Assembly: GCF_006345805.1 (NCBI RefSeq) | Contig: NC_043003.1 | Location: 54,994,001-55,058,000, forward strand | Length of the DNA stretch: 64,000 nucleotides | Origin: Octopus sinensis | Lineage: Eukaryota | Direction: 5' to 3' | Shown here: piece after piece, positions 1 to 13,782 of the stretch | Position numbering within the stretch: the stretch's first letter is position 1 | Layout: every line of letters starts with the position of its first letter | Made by a program: the position numbers and the translations under genes | Notes under the pieces: generated by a model | What the model was told of the DNA's origin: nothing | Databases searched by the model: none | Seen by the model: the letters and a program-made list of their open reading frames with translations, nothing else

Positions 1-462
1 CGTAAGCAAAATAAAAAAAAAATTAAAAACAAACAACCATACATAACCACACACAGACATACACACTCACAAACACTTGTATGTATGCCTCTGCCATTAA
101 TGCGTTTTCGTGCGTGTAAACAACGATTTTGTAGTCACACACACAAACGTAAATACGTTATAACTTATTTGAAAATATGAATCATTGTGAATGTATGAAT
201 GGGTGAATGTATGTGCGCGTATATATACATATAGTAATGTATGTATGTATGTATATGTGTGTGTTTATGAATGTGTGCGTCTGTATTTGCGTGTCTGCGC
301 GTGTGAGTGTATACGTATTAGTGGTTACGAGAGCTTGTGTGCGCGCACAGTTATGTTTCTTAGGCAGAAAAATTGCCTTTTGAAAAAGTGATGTTCAGCT
401 TAGCTAGTACGAAAAGTGCAGCACATACCCACAGAAATTCAATACAAAACATCACAGTTACA

Positions 463-465
<3 letters not shown>

Positions 466-523
<58 letters not shown>
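466..523. repeat. (TA)n microsatellite
   Basis: Uninterrupted TA run. Confidence 0.95.
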
Positions 524-534
<11 letters not shown>

Positions 535-1404
535 CATAAGTATATGAGTCTACCCTTAATGTGTGTTTCTTGGGTGTTTGTGCATATAGATATCTCTAAC
601 TTAAATGCACATCATCGTATATAATACACTTAATACATGCATACATGCATAGGCACATACATACATATGTGTGTGTGGGCGAGTGTGCATGTATGTATGC
701 TTCTATGTATTCATACATATACCTCCATGCGCACATGTATTATTCAGTCCTACATATGCACATCTGTTGTGTGTATTTCAATTTATATTTATCTCTTTAT
801 GAACTATTCTTTATAGAATTCATTTCATGTGTTAGGAATGGTGAATCTCGTCTTCTTTCATTCTGAAAAATAGAAGAAAATTCTGTTTTCTTTTTCATTC
901 TAATACATACTCATACAATTCCTCGTTTTGCCTTTACTCAACCCTTTTCATATAATCTTTTCGTTTAAATATTTTTCTATATTTCTTCTTCTTACTCTTG
1001 TCGCACAAACATTCTTTTCAGCACCGCTAAAGCGGCTAACAATTATTTCCAAATCTTTCTTCATGGAAACTTTATGTAGTATCCTCCGATATAAAGAACA
1101 AAAATAAAATAAACAGCCATAGCAAATACATAAACATAAAGGAATCAAACTATATATGCAAAAAAAGAAACAGCATAGAGAGAAAGTGATTATACAACCA
1201 AGCGCATGAGTAGGTTGACTACGTGGCACATGATACACATGAAGTAACATTAATTACTACAATCACTGGTCGATCAGCACGTTCCGGTGTCGTACGTAAA
1301 CACGTTGCGCTTTTTCAATGCAAGCCTCGATTGTCGTATAGATAACTTACAAAAGTAGAAAAGAAATGCCCTTTTCTTAGTCTTTTTTTTCCCATTATTA
1401 AATT

Positions 1405-1418
1405 TGTTGTTATTGTTA

Positions 1419-1485
<67 letters not shown>

Positions 1486-1540
1486 TTATTAATATTGTTA
1501 TTATTATTACTATTATTTTATATTATTATTATTATTATTA

Positions 1541-1582
<42 letters not shown>

Positions 1583-1980
1583 CATCATCATCATCAATAT
1601 TATTATTATTAATATTATTACTATTATTATTATATTATTATTATTATATTATTATTATTATTATTATTATTATTATCATTGTTATTGCTTCTATCATCAT
1701 CATCATCATCATCATCATCCTCCTCCTCCTCAGCATTATCATCATCACCATCATCCTCATCTCCCTCATGATCATAGTCATCATCATCATCATCATCCCT
1801 AAAATCAACAGAATCATCGTAACCATCATCGTCAACTTCACAAGTTTCATCATAATGATTTCTACTTCGTCATCATCAGTATCGTCCTCAGCATCACGAC
1901 CATGACCATCATTATAGTCGTCGTTGTCGTCGTCGTCGTCATCGTCATTGTCGTCGTCGCCGTCGTCCTCGCCGTTGTCA
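1405..1980. repeat. Compound trinucleotide array (TAT)n-(CAT)n-(CCT)-(CGT)n
   Basis: Successive trinucleotide blocks; source of the poly-Y/I/H/D ORFs in the track. Confidence 0.95.
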
Positions 1981-2249
1981 AAAGCTCTTGATTTCATGTT
2001 CGTTTTCAGTGCTATTCTTTTTCTTACTATCGAGCGCTGAATGTTTTGGATGTATTTTCGTTGTAAAATTCATTTATTTTTTGTTTACATTTGTTTTTGT
2101 GATTGCTGTTTTTGTATATTTTTCCATCTTAGATTTGTATTATATTATCCTATATTGATATTATTGGGTATGTTTTTACCACGTGTGTGTGTGCGTGCAT
2201 GTTGATGTTTACACAGACACACATATGTTTGAATGTGTGTGTGTGTGTG

Positions 2250-2295
<46 letters not shown>

Positions 2296-2696
2296 TGTGT
2301 GTGTGAGTGTGTGTGTTTGCATCAGTCTCTATATGGTTAGACATGAATGGACACGCATCTGAAAAATCTACGTAATATTTGCTAGGCTAACACTTTATAA
2401 TGTGCTTCGTGTGTCTTTTTCTCCGTGTATATGCGCGTGTATTTCTGTGTATCTATATCAAGATAGCCTCACACATGTATTATCCATGTTTAGAATTGCC
2501 GGTGCATGTGTACACATGTATGGTTATCCTTAAGACTATCCATCTGTGTGGTTAGCTTCACAAGCCACGTTGCGTTTCGTGAGCTTGGAAATATCGGACA
2601 AAGCACGGTTGGAAACTTTCACCCTGTATAGCACAATTCTCTTGCTGGGAGGTGAAATAATGTAAAGGAATTATGTATATACGTATATCCACCCAT

Positions 2697-2781
<85 letters not shown>

Positions 2782-2791
2782 CATCTATCTA

Positions 2792-2890
<99 letters not shown>

Positions 2891-2967
2891 GTATCTATCT
2901 ATGTATCTATCTATCTATCTATCTACCTACCTATCTATGTATCTATCTATATCTATCTGTCTCTCTG

Positions 2968-3002
<35 letters not shown>

Positions 3003-3015
3003 GTCTATCTATCTG
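2697..3015. repeat. (TATC)n tetranucleotide microsatellite
   Basis: Long TATC run with TATG/TGTC variants. Confidence 0.95.
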
Positions 3016-3489
3016 TCATTGCATATATATGCATATGTTTCTGTGTGTGTTGTACATATATATATATATATATAAGTAGATATATATGTTTATATATGTG
3101 TATGTGTGTGGGTGTATGTACATTTATGTTTACATAATATATATTATATATATTTTATATCATGCATATTATATAGTTTTATATTATATATATATGTATA
3201 TAGTACAATATTGCCTGTAGGGGTACCATATAGTCGTGGAGTTAGTGTCAAGAAGAAGGATGAGAGTGTAAGTATAATAAGGACTACATGACACAGTAGA
3301 ATGCGAACAAGAGAGAGATAGAGAGAGAGGGAGAGAGAGAGACGAGAGGGAGAGATACAGAAAGAAAGAGCATGAAGTACATAGATATATACCTACTCAC
3401 ATGTGTATATACAAATGCATTCACGCACGCATGCACACGACGTTATAGAGAAGTTATATAAAGAGGGAGATATAGAAAGAGAAAAAGAA

Positions 3490-3528
<39 letters not shown>

Positions 3529-5542
3529 TATAGAGACGTTGAATTTTAAGAGATACATTTCGAGAAAGAATGTGTAGGTTGGTATATATGCAAAGACAGG
3601 GGGAAAGCGAATGATAAGATGCGGAAGGACAGAATTAGAGACAGTAAGAGGTGATGGACGAAATATTGAGAGAGTGAAACTGAAAACTAAACAAAGAATT
3701 TTATTGATGAAAAAAAAAAAAGAAGAAATATTCAAGTTACAATTTAAGGAAAGATAACCTTTGGTTGTAATTGTCAGAAGATATGTAGAGGTAAAATGAT
3801 CGAAACGATGTATATTGCTGCTGGCAAGTGGATCGTGAGTTCAAATTACTCGAGGTGTTTCATTTTTTTTTTTTTTTATCGGTGACAATTCTGCATTACA
3901 CAAACTTTTCTCAATTCTTCATATGCTGTCTTCCGGCAAAGGTCGCTTACTTGACATTATTACTCCATCGCACCTTCTGGAAATAAAAGCTGCATTTCCT
4001 CATATTCTTACATAATCCCTGCTTAACCAGAAAAAAAATCAAAAGAAAAATACAAAGGATATGTTGAGCAACGCAGTTCCTGACATATAAAAAGACGTTA
4101 TGGTTACGGTTGGAAAGTCTTTTGTCATATTTCTTCTCATTGCTATCTGTTGTGGTACCACTCAATAATAACAACATCAGTAGAGCGCTTCTATATCATT
4201 GCTCAAAGTGGTAAAACATGGTTAGAATACATCTTCTATAAAAACTCTTATCCTCTTACAATTGACGCAAACATTCCTGAATTTTACTCCGAACACTTAT
4301 GACTGAAAATAAAAGATGGGCTGGTCATGGCTGGAATACATTTGATGTCAGATATCCTTAGACTTGAACTGATGTAAACTGCATTAACATGAGACAGCTT
4401 CATGTAGCTCATGAAGGTTGGAAGTGCTTTCATCCATTATCTGAATAAAAAATATAACGGTGAGGTTTGCAATATTTTTAACCATGTATCTTATTGATTC
4501 CTTTAATTAAGAAAGATAATGACTTTAGGAAACAGTTTTAAATAGGGAATACAACAGAACTAAATAACGATTAGTTATTGATGCTACCGTCATTCAGCGA
4601 ATTTATATTGTACTTGAACAGTTCTATGATCAGAAGTATTCTGTCCATAAATACTTATCTTAAAAGTGTCTGTTTAGAAGTATGTAGAAGAGCATTATCA
4701 AACAGAGCCGGGTCATTCTATGCTTCAAACGATAAAGTGTGACTTGAGTAATGTTTCGCTTCCATTTATAGTATATCAAGTTATCACGAAGAGGACAATT
4801 CCTTATCACAGTTACATAATGTTTCCTGGCTAAAGACAAAGTTGAACCCAGATCGTCAAATTACGAACGTATTGCAATGTAATATATTTACCTCTGTTGT
4901 CGACATTTTGAGCTCATTTAGCAACACCCCTACTAGCCACAAATATATATCCAGGTATTGTGACATGAACTGATAATTTGCGAGATGTGTGCTCCCAATT
5001 TCAAAGAAAAAAAGAAGGCCGCAAAATATATTCGTTTATATTACTATTTATTAATGAGCATGCTATGCGGATAGATATGCTCCTTTCATATTTTGTTGAT
5101 CAGAGGTATCAGGCAAAAGCGTAAAAGCCCTATTAATTATATCCACTCTAGCATTTATTTTACCTACTGACAATGATTTTATTGAGGCTCGAGGGATGAA
5201 ACCTAAAGTTGGACTCGATAGTATTTGTATCCACGATGTAAAGCACTTATACTAAAAGTATCAATGCAGTTGAACAAAATTTTGAGGGTTATATCAATTC
5301 ACCGGACCAAAGTGCGGTAATAAGATAATAAAACAGCATGACACAATTTTTTTAGCAAACACTACTTCAGGTGATATTGGTAATCTTATGGTACTCTTTA
5401 TGAATATAAAATCTTGTTTGCTCGATCAAATCAACATAGTGATCTATAAATACCGCGCATATACTAAATTTCCAAAACAAAAAAGTGACTAATATTGTAA
5501 AACATTGCTTGTAAGTAGTTAATGTATTAAACTACATTTAGT

Positions 5543-7410
5543 CACTATTGAATAAAACTATACACTTAGAAGAAATTTACTACAAAAATTTACAGTATTG
5601 ATTTCAATATCAAGGACAGTAGCATGAAGTTCAAGAAGAGTGAAGCCAGTAAAAATTTACCCTCATGTATGGATCGGTTCACACTTGGTACCTTCTTTCA
5701 ATATTATTGATCACATGATGAAATCTTTCACCATGCTCATGACAGATCTTTCCCAAATCCAAAGGAAATAAATCTAAAAGGATATTTATGGACGTGTTGA
5801 CCCTTTGTGTATCGAATGAATCCGGAAGGTTATCTATGTTTGCCTTGTAATTCGGGATCCGGCTCTGTTAGACATAGATTTTTACTGTCTTTAATGCAGC
5901 GTCATAAAGCCGTCGTTCAACGTCATTCAACAAATCTCTGAACACCTGATTTTTCATCGATTTTCTTTAATCTTTACTTCGCTTAATCGAGAACAGATAT
6001 CTTTCAGCAACTTGATTCTTTGCCCCTCAGGAGCCAGTAACTTCATAAAATATTTGAAGATTAGATTCTAAGTTTAATATATGACGATGGTTCCAAAATT
6101 AACTCATGCGAAACTAGTGGTACATATAGAAAGTTTTTATTTCCTGGTTTCCGTTTATGCCGGACTGATCAATTTTGCCGATTATAGTGCTCATTTCGAT
6201 CTGTCTGTCTCACAAGAACAAGAAGCAGCACATCATGGTGTAGACCTTTTGTATTTCAGTTAAAAAAAACCCCAAAAACATGATCTTCGAGATACTTTCA
6301 GTTTCCACATGAAATCATCATACCTGACCATGGAAAGTAACATCTTGACAGTGTTGTATGACTCTTTTACCTTCCTCGAATAGCCCACAAGTCTAGCTGT
6401 GTACTCATTCCGGCCAAACACAAGGAGCGTCTTTAAACTGGAAACGTTGTTGTCAATGAATAACCATCAATATGTCTTGACATCAGAGGCAATTTCCAGT
6501 GTCATTATCTAACCAGTAATAAACCAAACCCAGTTCATCATATTAGTGCAAAATACAACAAACATCTTCTTGTTTCGATTCCTTGAGCTAAGCCACCACA
6601 TTCTCTGAACAGTGTTCCACCAGGTAAGTATCAGTATTGGAAAATCCCAACATTCGAACAAAATTATCCAGCTTTTCTTGAGTTATTTTAGCGCATGATT
6701 GAGGAATTTCAGAATCTTTATCCTCCAGTTAATCTTCACATTTAGTTTCTTAATCAGAATCATCATCTGACTAACTCAATGGTTGATTGCTTGGCATAGG
6801 AGGAATTTTATCTTCATATGATTGAGGTCTTATGGCAGATGGCAAATTAGGACACATGATATACGTTGCAGTATTCTTTTTATTAAACTCTTCAAAATTA
6901 GTAATGCAAAAGTAGCAATGTTTATTTTGTTCTCACCCTGCCATTGGTGTGGCAAATGAATTTTCGTCACGTTGTCTCCTCTGGGCCAAAAGGAAAGCCT
7001 ATTATCGCGACCTTTTTGCATACAATATGTGTGGTGCAAAAGATTTATCTTGATCTCCAAATTTCATCTTGAGGTAATCCTTGTATCTTGCTTGTACGAG
7101 AGGCATCATGTTTCTCCTACATTCTTTAAATGTATACTCTCAACATATGTAGCAAAAGTGATCTTAGTCATAGTGACTGGCATGTCTTGAAGCTAGGCAA
7201 ATTGAAGAAATAAGAGATCAACAGTTCACGAGTAAACAAAGCAATAACCAGTTTAATATAAGTCACATCTGAAACGTATTCAAATCAAAGTGTTAAAGAT
7301 AACGACCTAATCTAATATGTATTGTATATATTTTTACAACGTTCTCATTAAAATCATCCCTTGAAAATTATCCCGTAAAAACGAAACCTTATTCATTTTG
7401 TCATGTAGTG
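5543..7410 (-). mobile_element. Chapaev-type (CMC) DNA transposon, decayed near-full-length transposase pseudogene (~5640-7200)
   Basis: Minus-strand translation across stops and frameshifts gives, in order: FCYIC*EYT..FGDQDKSFAPH, CYFCITN..PNLPSAIRP (Chapa-like zinc finger), WLFIDNNVSSLKTLL..KESYNTVKMLL, YTMMCCFLFL*D..DRNEHY, PLVSHELILEPSSYIKL, FKYFMKLL..LSEVKIKE, HEHGERFHH..IERRYQ. Boundaries set by tentative imperfect termini CACTATTGAATAAAA (5543) / TTTTGTCATGTAGTG (7410). Family assignment from recalled motifs. Confidence 0.7.
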
Positions 7411-8334
7411 TAATTAGCAATAAAATAAGGATTTTTTTATTGACAGAGATTTGAACATGAAACATCGAAGAAAATATCTGAATGTTGGGAGATATTTCGT
7501 TCAGTGCTTTCCCTGCCATTACGACGCCTCTCTCTACTGGAAAGAAACAGTGTAGAAAACAATTGAGAAAGGTCTTTAGGTCTCAGATTAATCAAATATC
7601 TCGTGTTAATACAGCAAGAACACATGAATTGTGGTTGGTTCCTTCCTTTCTTCCTGAAAATCGCAAAGGTTATGAGTGCGGAACTACATCTTCTGACTTA
7701 ACTATAAACATGATGATATTGTTTCCTGGAAGAGTGAATAACATGACGCGGCTTAGAAATTAATTTGCTTTACCAACATTGTATTACATTCGCTAGATGG
7801 CTTTCCTAATCCGTTGCCCAGTAAACTACAAAAATCTAGCTGTTGGAAGTGTTCAATGGCCTCCTTTACAAGTTGTAGTCATTAGAGCTTTGTTATTCAT
7901 GCTATCATTATTCGATCCTGATCTTTGCATTCTGTGTTCAAATTTCACGAGTTTGACTTCCTTTCTTTTATCTTTTCAGGGATCCCATAGTTTAAAACAC
8001 CATTTCACTAATAAAGATTACTGGTATTGTTAAAACGTCGGGAAAGAAAGATAGTGTATCTGCGTTCTGATTTCAAACTCCATGTAGAAATTTCAATACT
8101 CCTCGATAGATAGGGTTAATCACTCAACTATGGACTGTATTTGACATTGTACGATGTGGAAGAGAATTTGGAGTCCATTCGGCTACAACCAAACCATGTT
8201 TCAAATCTGAAGATAACCCAATGTATCTCTTGAATTATTACTACTGCAGTAACAAACAGGCAACAACATTTGCATACCTCGCAAGAGTCCTAAGCACTGA
8301 CGTTCCCTCTGAGAGTATGGGATAATATATTGTG

Positions 8335-8420
<86 letters not shown>

Positions 8421-8421
<1 letters not shown>

Positions 8422-8584
8422 GGCGGAGTTCTTTCAGTTTCCGTCTACCAAATCCACTCACAAGGTTTTGGTCGGCTCGAGGTTACAGTAGAAGATACTC
8501 GCCCAAGGTGCCACGCAGTGGGACTGAACCCAGACCCATGTGGCTGGGAAGTAAGCTTCTTACCACACAGCCACACCTGCACCT
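8421..8584 (-). mobile_element. tRNA-headed SINE, family B, 5' half
   Basis: Reverse complement reads GCAGGTGTGGCTGTGTGGTAAGAAGC..GGGTTCAGTCCC (A/B-box-like) then GGATTTGGTAGACGGAAACTGAAAG; homologous to 27765-27931 and 41710-41860. Confidence 0.8.
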
Positions 8585-9035
8585 GTTACATCAAAGATAT
8601 AATTATCATCATAGTTATCTTTTGGATTATTGGCAGCTATTTCAACCAGGCAACGAAGAGGCACTCTCGTGACGTAACAATAGCGTGTTTTATTTCAAAA
8701 CGATTTACAAGACGCCGTTCCCTTTTCTGTATATTGTATTAAAAGTAACCAAGCTTGACTCGGCTTTCCCGTAGTGACCTTCTACTCTAGCTGTTGGGAA
8801 AAGTGTATCTAGGACCACAGTACCTAAAGTATTTAATTTATTGTAAAGAATAGATTTGAAGAAAAATTATCTATTAACGAAGTATTTATGATTCAGAAAC
8901 TCAGTCTTGTTTTGGGAGTACTCTTCTAACTACTATTCTACCTCTGTCTGTCTGTCTGTCTCTCACCCCCTCTGTCTCACTCTGCACACACATACATACG
9001 CACACACACACAAACACATACACACACACAAATAT

Positions 9036-9086
<51 letters not shown>

Positions 9087-9689
9087 GAGAGAGAAAAATT
9101 ACACGCACTCTTCTTCTTCATTGTGTTTACACAACAGCAGGGGATAAACATCTACGTCATTTTTTCTATGTAGTCTCCTTCTTTTTCGATGCACTTGGTT
9201 CACGCATCCAGATGATTGCGCATTCCATCTAAGAATAATATTACGAAACGATAATAATTATGAAACTATAATACTTATCAAAAACACAAAGTAAACACAT
9301 GCGCATTTAGCACCATTTTATACATCAAGAATCGAAACCGAATGTCCTCAACCAACGTGCTTTACCATGCTTTCCACTCAACCAAAATATCGAGACTTAT
9401 TCAATCAGTTGAATGTTAGAATGAAACTAAATTGTCTCCTCGTTTGAAAGATATTTCAAGGGTTCCATTATTTAACCAATTGTACATATTCGCGTTGACT
9501 CTGTCAGATAGAAACAGCAGCTAAGTCTCCTTCACATACACTACCATTTTTAAAAAATGGTTGCATAGTATAAGTTATATATGCATCATTAGCGTAAAGT
9601 AGGAGAAATAGTCAAAGATGATATCGACAAATCTAATTACAAATGCGTTCGACTGGAACTGACTTGTGTATTAGCAATAGTACGTGCTG

Positions 9690-9990
9690 TTATTTGAATT
9701 AAATGCTTTTATTCGCTTTTGACAGCAAACAATATCATAATCCGTGAAGAAATCATTTCCCTTTCTTCCATGAAATATAAGACCCCAGCAACCATGGATA
9801 AAGCAACCACTCTATAAATGATTGTAATCAGAAAAGAGCAGGTTACGTATATCATTACTTCTGTCAGCCTGACATGACTGAGCAAGCCTACGAGCAAATG
9901 CTTGAAAAAAATCATTTCTCTTTATTGTCTACTTGTATCCTTCTCATTTTAAGATGGTAAGTTAAATTTGGAGTGGATATTTCAGAAAAG
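9690..9990 (-). mobile_element. Possible very degenerate Tc1-like transposase fragment
   Basis: AFARR..NLLFSD..GCF.HG..GVLYF..M in Tc1 motif order across frameshifts. Confidence 0.3.
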
Positions 9991-10782
9991 AATATCTCCC
10001 ATTGAACTATGGCTGTTTTTCAAACGGTTGTAAAGAATCGTCTACAATAAAAATATAAAAGATACGAGTGTAAAGTTCAGTTCTTCATGTATTTTGCACC
10101 CTTCAGCTTTTAATTTTCATCAACTGAATTTCGTTTAAAGGAACTGCGAGTTGAATTTCTGGTTTTCTCTGCATATATTTGATTATTACGATATCTTGAG
10201 AAAAATATCCTAGTTATGGCTAAACTCTGAGAAAGAAAAATAACGTTTGATGTCATTTTACGTAATGTAAACTTGCTGAAAATTTTGCATAGAAGTACTT
10301 CAGACTTCAAGAAATCTAATTTTCAAGTAATGTTTCCATCTGTTAAAAGAAGGGCTTCATATTTTCCTTCCTCTAAAGCTACACTTTATATCTCTCCCCC
10401 AGAATTAATTAAACGCTTTTGATGTCATCAGATAAAACGACTTCTTCATATTTGGCTTCTTTACATGTCATACTTCCTAACTTAGTCATTGGATATTTAA
10501 ACACACCCAACAAATAACCTTCAGATTTTCTTGAGAGTTAATTTGACATGAGGCGCTGGGAATAGAATGTCATCTAATTTCACTATATTCTATTGCTGTA
10601 TAACGTATAACACAACAATACGCTACTGTTTTTTAGAGTCACACCTTCCTTTCTTATATAAAGTTCCATTCATCATACGTGGTTTCAAAGAGAACTGTCG
10701 AAGTAAACTATACACACACACACAGAGACACACACGCTAACACATGAATGTATATATGTATTTATATATTCATAGTCCACCA

Positions 10783-10815
<33 letters not shown>

Positions 10816-11233
10816 ATATTATATATATATATATGCGTGTGCATGTGTGTGTGAGAGAGAGAGAGACAGCGAGAGAGGACGGATGCTTTTGAAGAATTCA
10901 CAAAATCATTAATTCTAGCTGCAAACAACTTTTATTGACATCAATGTGTTTGTAATTGAATTAGCATTTATCAAAATCCTGTATGGAAACCAACATACAT
11001 CATGTGGTGTTCGTTTTCTGAAGTTCGTCTCTACAGCATTGCTATGTACGTAGTATCATGCTTTCCACTCTGGCTCAATAGCCAGTGTCCACAGCTCCAT
11101 GGCTCCACCTGAACAGAAAACAAAATGCTAAGACACCACGGACCGAATAGTACCTGTCGAACACGTGTCTCTCCGCTTGGGGTTGAATAATAGGTTAGTA
11201 AAAAGAGACACAAATAAGAAAGAAGAAAACAAA

Positions 11234-11278
11234 GGACCACTGATGCGGTCACAGGAGTGTGACGAAAGAATTCTGGCC
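11234..11278 (+). ncRNA. Degenerate type I hammerhead-like motif (probable Penelope-like element 3' end)
   Basis: GGACCA CTGATGC G GTCAC-AGGAGT-GTGAC GAAA GAATTC TGGCC: stem I CCA/TGG, 5-bp stem II, GAAA, UC site; A9 replaced by C. Confidence 0.5.
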
Positions 11279-11396
11279 GAAATAAGATTAAGATTAATTT
11301 AAAAAATAAATAACACTGAAGCAAAGTAACACCAAATATATAGTACGTGTGATTTTATTGGCTAAACTGGCAAAATGACCATTCCCAAATATAAAG

Positions 11397-11523
<127 letters not shown>

Positions 11524-11953
11524 AATTTATAAATATGTATGTACGAATGTATGATTTTATCCTTAATTCTATAAAGTAAATTTGAGGTCATCTTAGCTTT
11601 ATATAGAGTCTTGGCTTCATGTAGTCTCTGATTATTTTTCTGTGGCTTATGGAGCTATACTAAATGATGATTAAGTTGTATGGAGAATTCTGACGGGAAA
11701 TTATTGTAAAAGAATTTACCGTTTAAAATTAGATTTGTGTTATTGTCCATTGTTGAATCAAGCGTTTGGGAATGTGACATTTTATTCAGGTGTACTTGTA
11801 GGTGTATCAGATTGGGGTCATACTGTTTGAACTTAAAGATTTAGTTCTTTCGTATTTTAAGGCTACTAAAAATGTGAGTAGATGTAATAGAAAACAATAT
11901 ATTTATCATATTACAAGTACCATTACAAAAGAAAATTACGTTGAAGCTGAATA

Positions 11954-11993
<40 letters not shown>

Positions 11994-12443
11994 CGCAAAC
12001 CTACCTGAAATCCAGAGGTTAAATTTTCGGAAGAGCAATCAAATAGCATCAACAACAATTACACGGCAGTTCGAAATCGCCAGACCAAGTACGTTGCAAG
12101 TACGTAACGCTGGAAAACCAAATTCAAAATTAAATTAAGAGATTAAATAATATTTGTTCAATTATTCATTAAAGTTTAAGATTATTAAAGTTTTCTTATT
12201 CCTTGCTACATATGTTCATTTATCTCTGGACCACATTATAATACGATACAAATTATTGAGCTCACAAACCCTTATGCCATATAATGTAAGAGTAATACTT
12301 ATACAGTACTTTCCCTAAGCGTCGTGCATTTCTATGTAGAGCTAGAATGATTCAACATATCCGGACGAGGATAAACGTTTATCTTCCTGTTTCAAAGTAG
12401 TGAATAAATTTAGTGATATATACATATATATAAAATAATAAAT

Positions 12444-12694
12444 AAATGCGCTCTTTTAAAGCCTAGCCAAGCTCATGGGTCCGGTTTCCTGGTTTCTATG
12501 GCGTATGTGCTCCCCAGCAGGACGGGACGCAAGTCCATCTCAGGTGTACTCATTTTTGCCAGCTGATTGAACTGGAGCAACGTGAAAAGTAGTGTTTTGT
12601 TCCAGAATTCAATGCCACGCCCGGTCCAGGAATCGAAACCACAATCTTACGATCGTGGTGTTGACACCCTAACCACTAAGCCACGCGCCTCCAC
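12444..12694 (-). mobile_element. tRNA-headed SINE, family A (CORE-like body, AAACCGGG..GGCTAGGCTT-type tail)
   Basis: Reverse complement GTGGAGGCGCGTGGCTTAGTGGTTAG..GGTTTCGATTCC; 3' tail shared with 19586-19870 and 34494-34803. Confidence 0.85.
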
Positions 12695-12749
12695 ATATAT
12701 AGATATATATATATATATGTGCATACACACACATACACACACACACACA

Positions 12750-12793
<44 letters not shown>

Positions 12794-13096
12794 ACACACA
12801 CACACACACATATATATATATAATATATATAGCAATTAAGGACAACTACTTAATAAGGAAAACTTAACAAGAAATTGTCAGGTAGATAGCGTAAAAACCT
12901 CATAAGAGAAAAAATTTCGAAAATAATTATTTCTTATTGAACATATTAATTTATATATAGAGGGCATTATACATACATGCCAGAAGGCATTATACATACA
13001 TGCCAAACGCTAAGAGGGACAATTAGTCATTTCTACCAAAAATATTACTAATCCCACCGAATGCAATTTTTCAAAGTAAGACATTTAAAAAAATAT

Positions 13097-13144
13097 AGAC
13101 CTGTATCACAGTGATTTCATACTTACGTAATCATCAGCAGGCCT
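13097..13144 (-). ncRNA. Type I hammerhead ribozyme motif (inverted copy)
   Basis: Exact reverse complement of 13783-13830. Confidence 0.75.
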
Positions 13145-13782
13145 GAATGTATTATAAATAAACAACAACCCTGCCCCGCTTAAGCCGATCAGCTAACTGA
13201 TCAACATCAACGAAGCACATGGGTGAGTTTACATATATTACATCCGGATAAATGGCAAACTTTTACGAATTGCATTTCGGGAGAGGAAAAGTTTTTTCGG
13301 AATAAAAATTTAGCAATTAAGGACAACTACTTAATAAGGATACAGGTCTATATTTTTTTAAATGTCTTACTTTGAAAAATTGCATTCGGTGGGATTAGTA
13401 ATATTTTTGGTAGAAATGACTAATTGTCCCTCTTAGCGTTTGGCATGTATGTATAATGCCTTCTGGCATGTATGTATAATGCCCTCTATATATAAATTAA
13501 TATGTTCAATAAGAAATAATTATTTTCGAAATTTTTTCTCTTATGAGGTTTTTACGCTATCTACCTGACAATTTCTTGTTAAGTTTTCCTTATTAAGTAG
13601 TTGTCCTTAATTGCTAAATTTTTATTCCGAAAAAACTTTTCCTCTCCCGAAATGCAATTCGTAAAAGTTTGCCATTTATCCGGATGTAATATATGTAAAC
13701 TCACCCATGTGCTTCGTTGATGTTGATCAGTTAGCTGATCGGCTTAAGCGGGGCAGGGTCGTTGTTTATTTATAATACATTC

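Noticed and set aside
7480-8040. Complex sequence with 93-aa and 78-aa ORFs, possible exon or Tc1 fragment
   Set aside because: No convincing motif series or splice signals in any frame
10480-10560. ENLKVICWVCL as the start of a second Chapaev-like ORF
   Set aside because: A single short motif with no supporting downstream motifs
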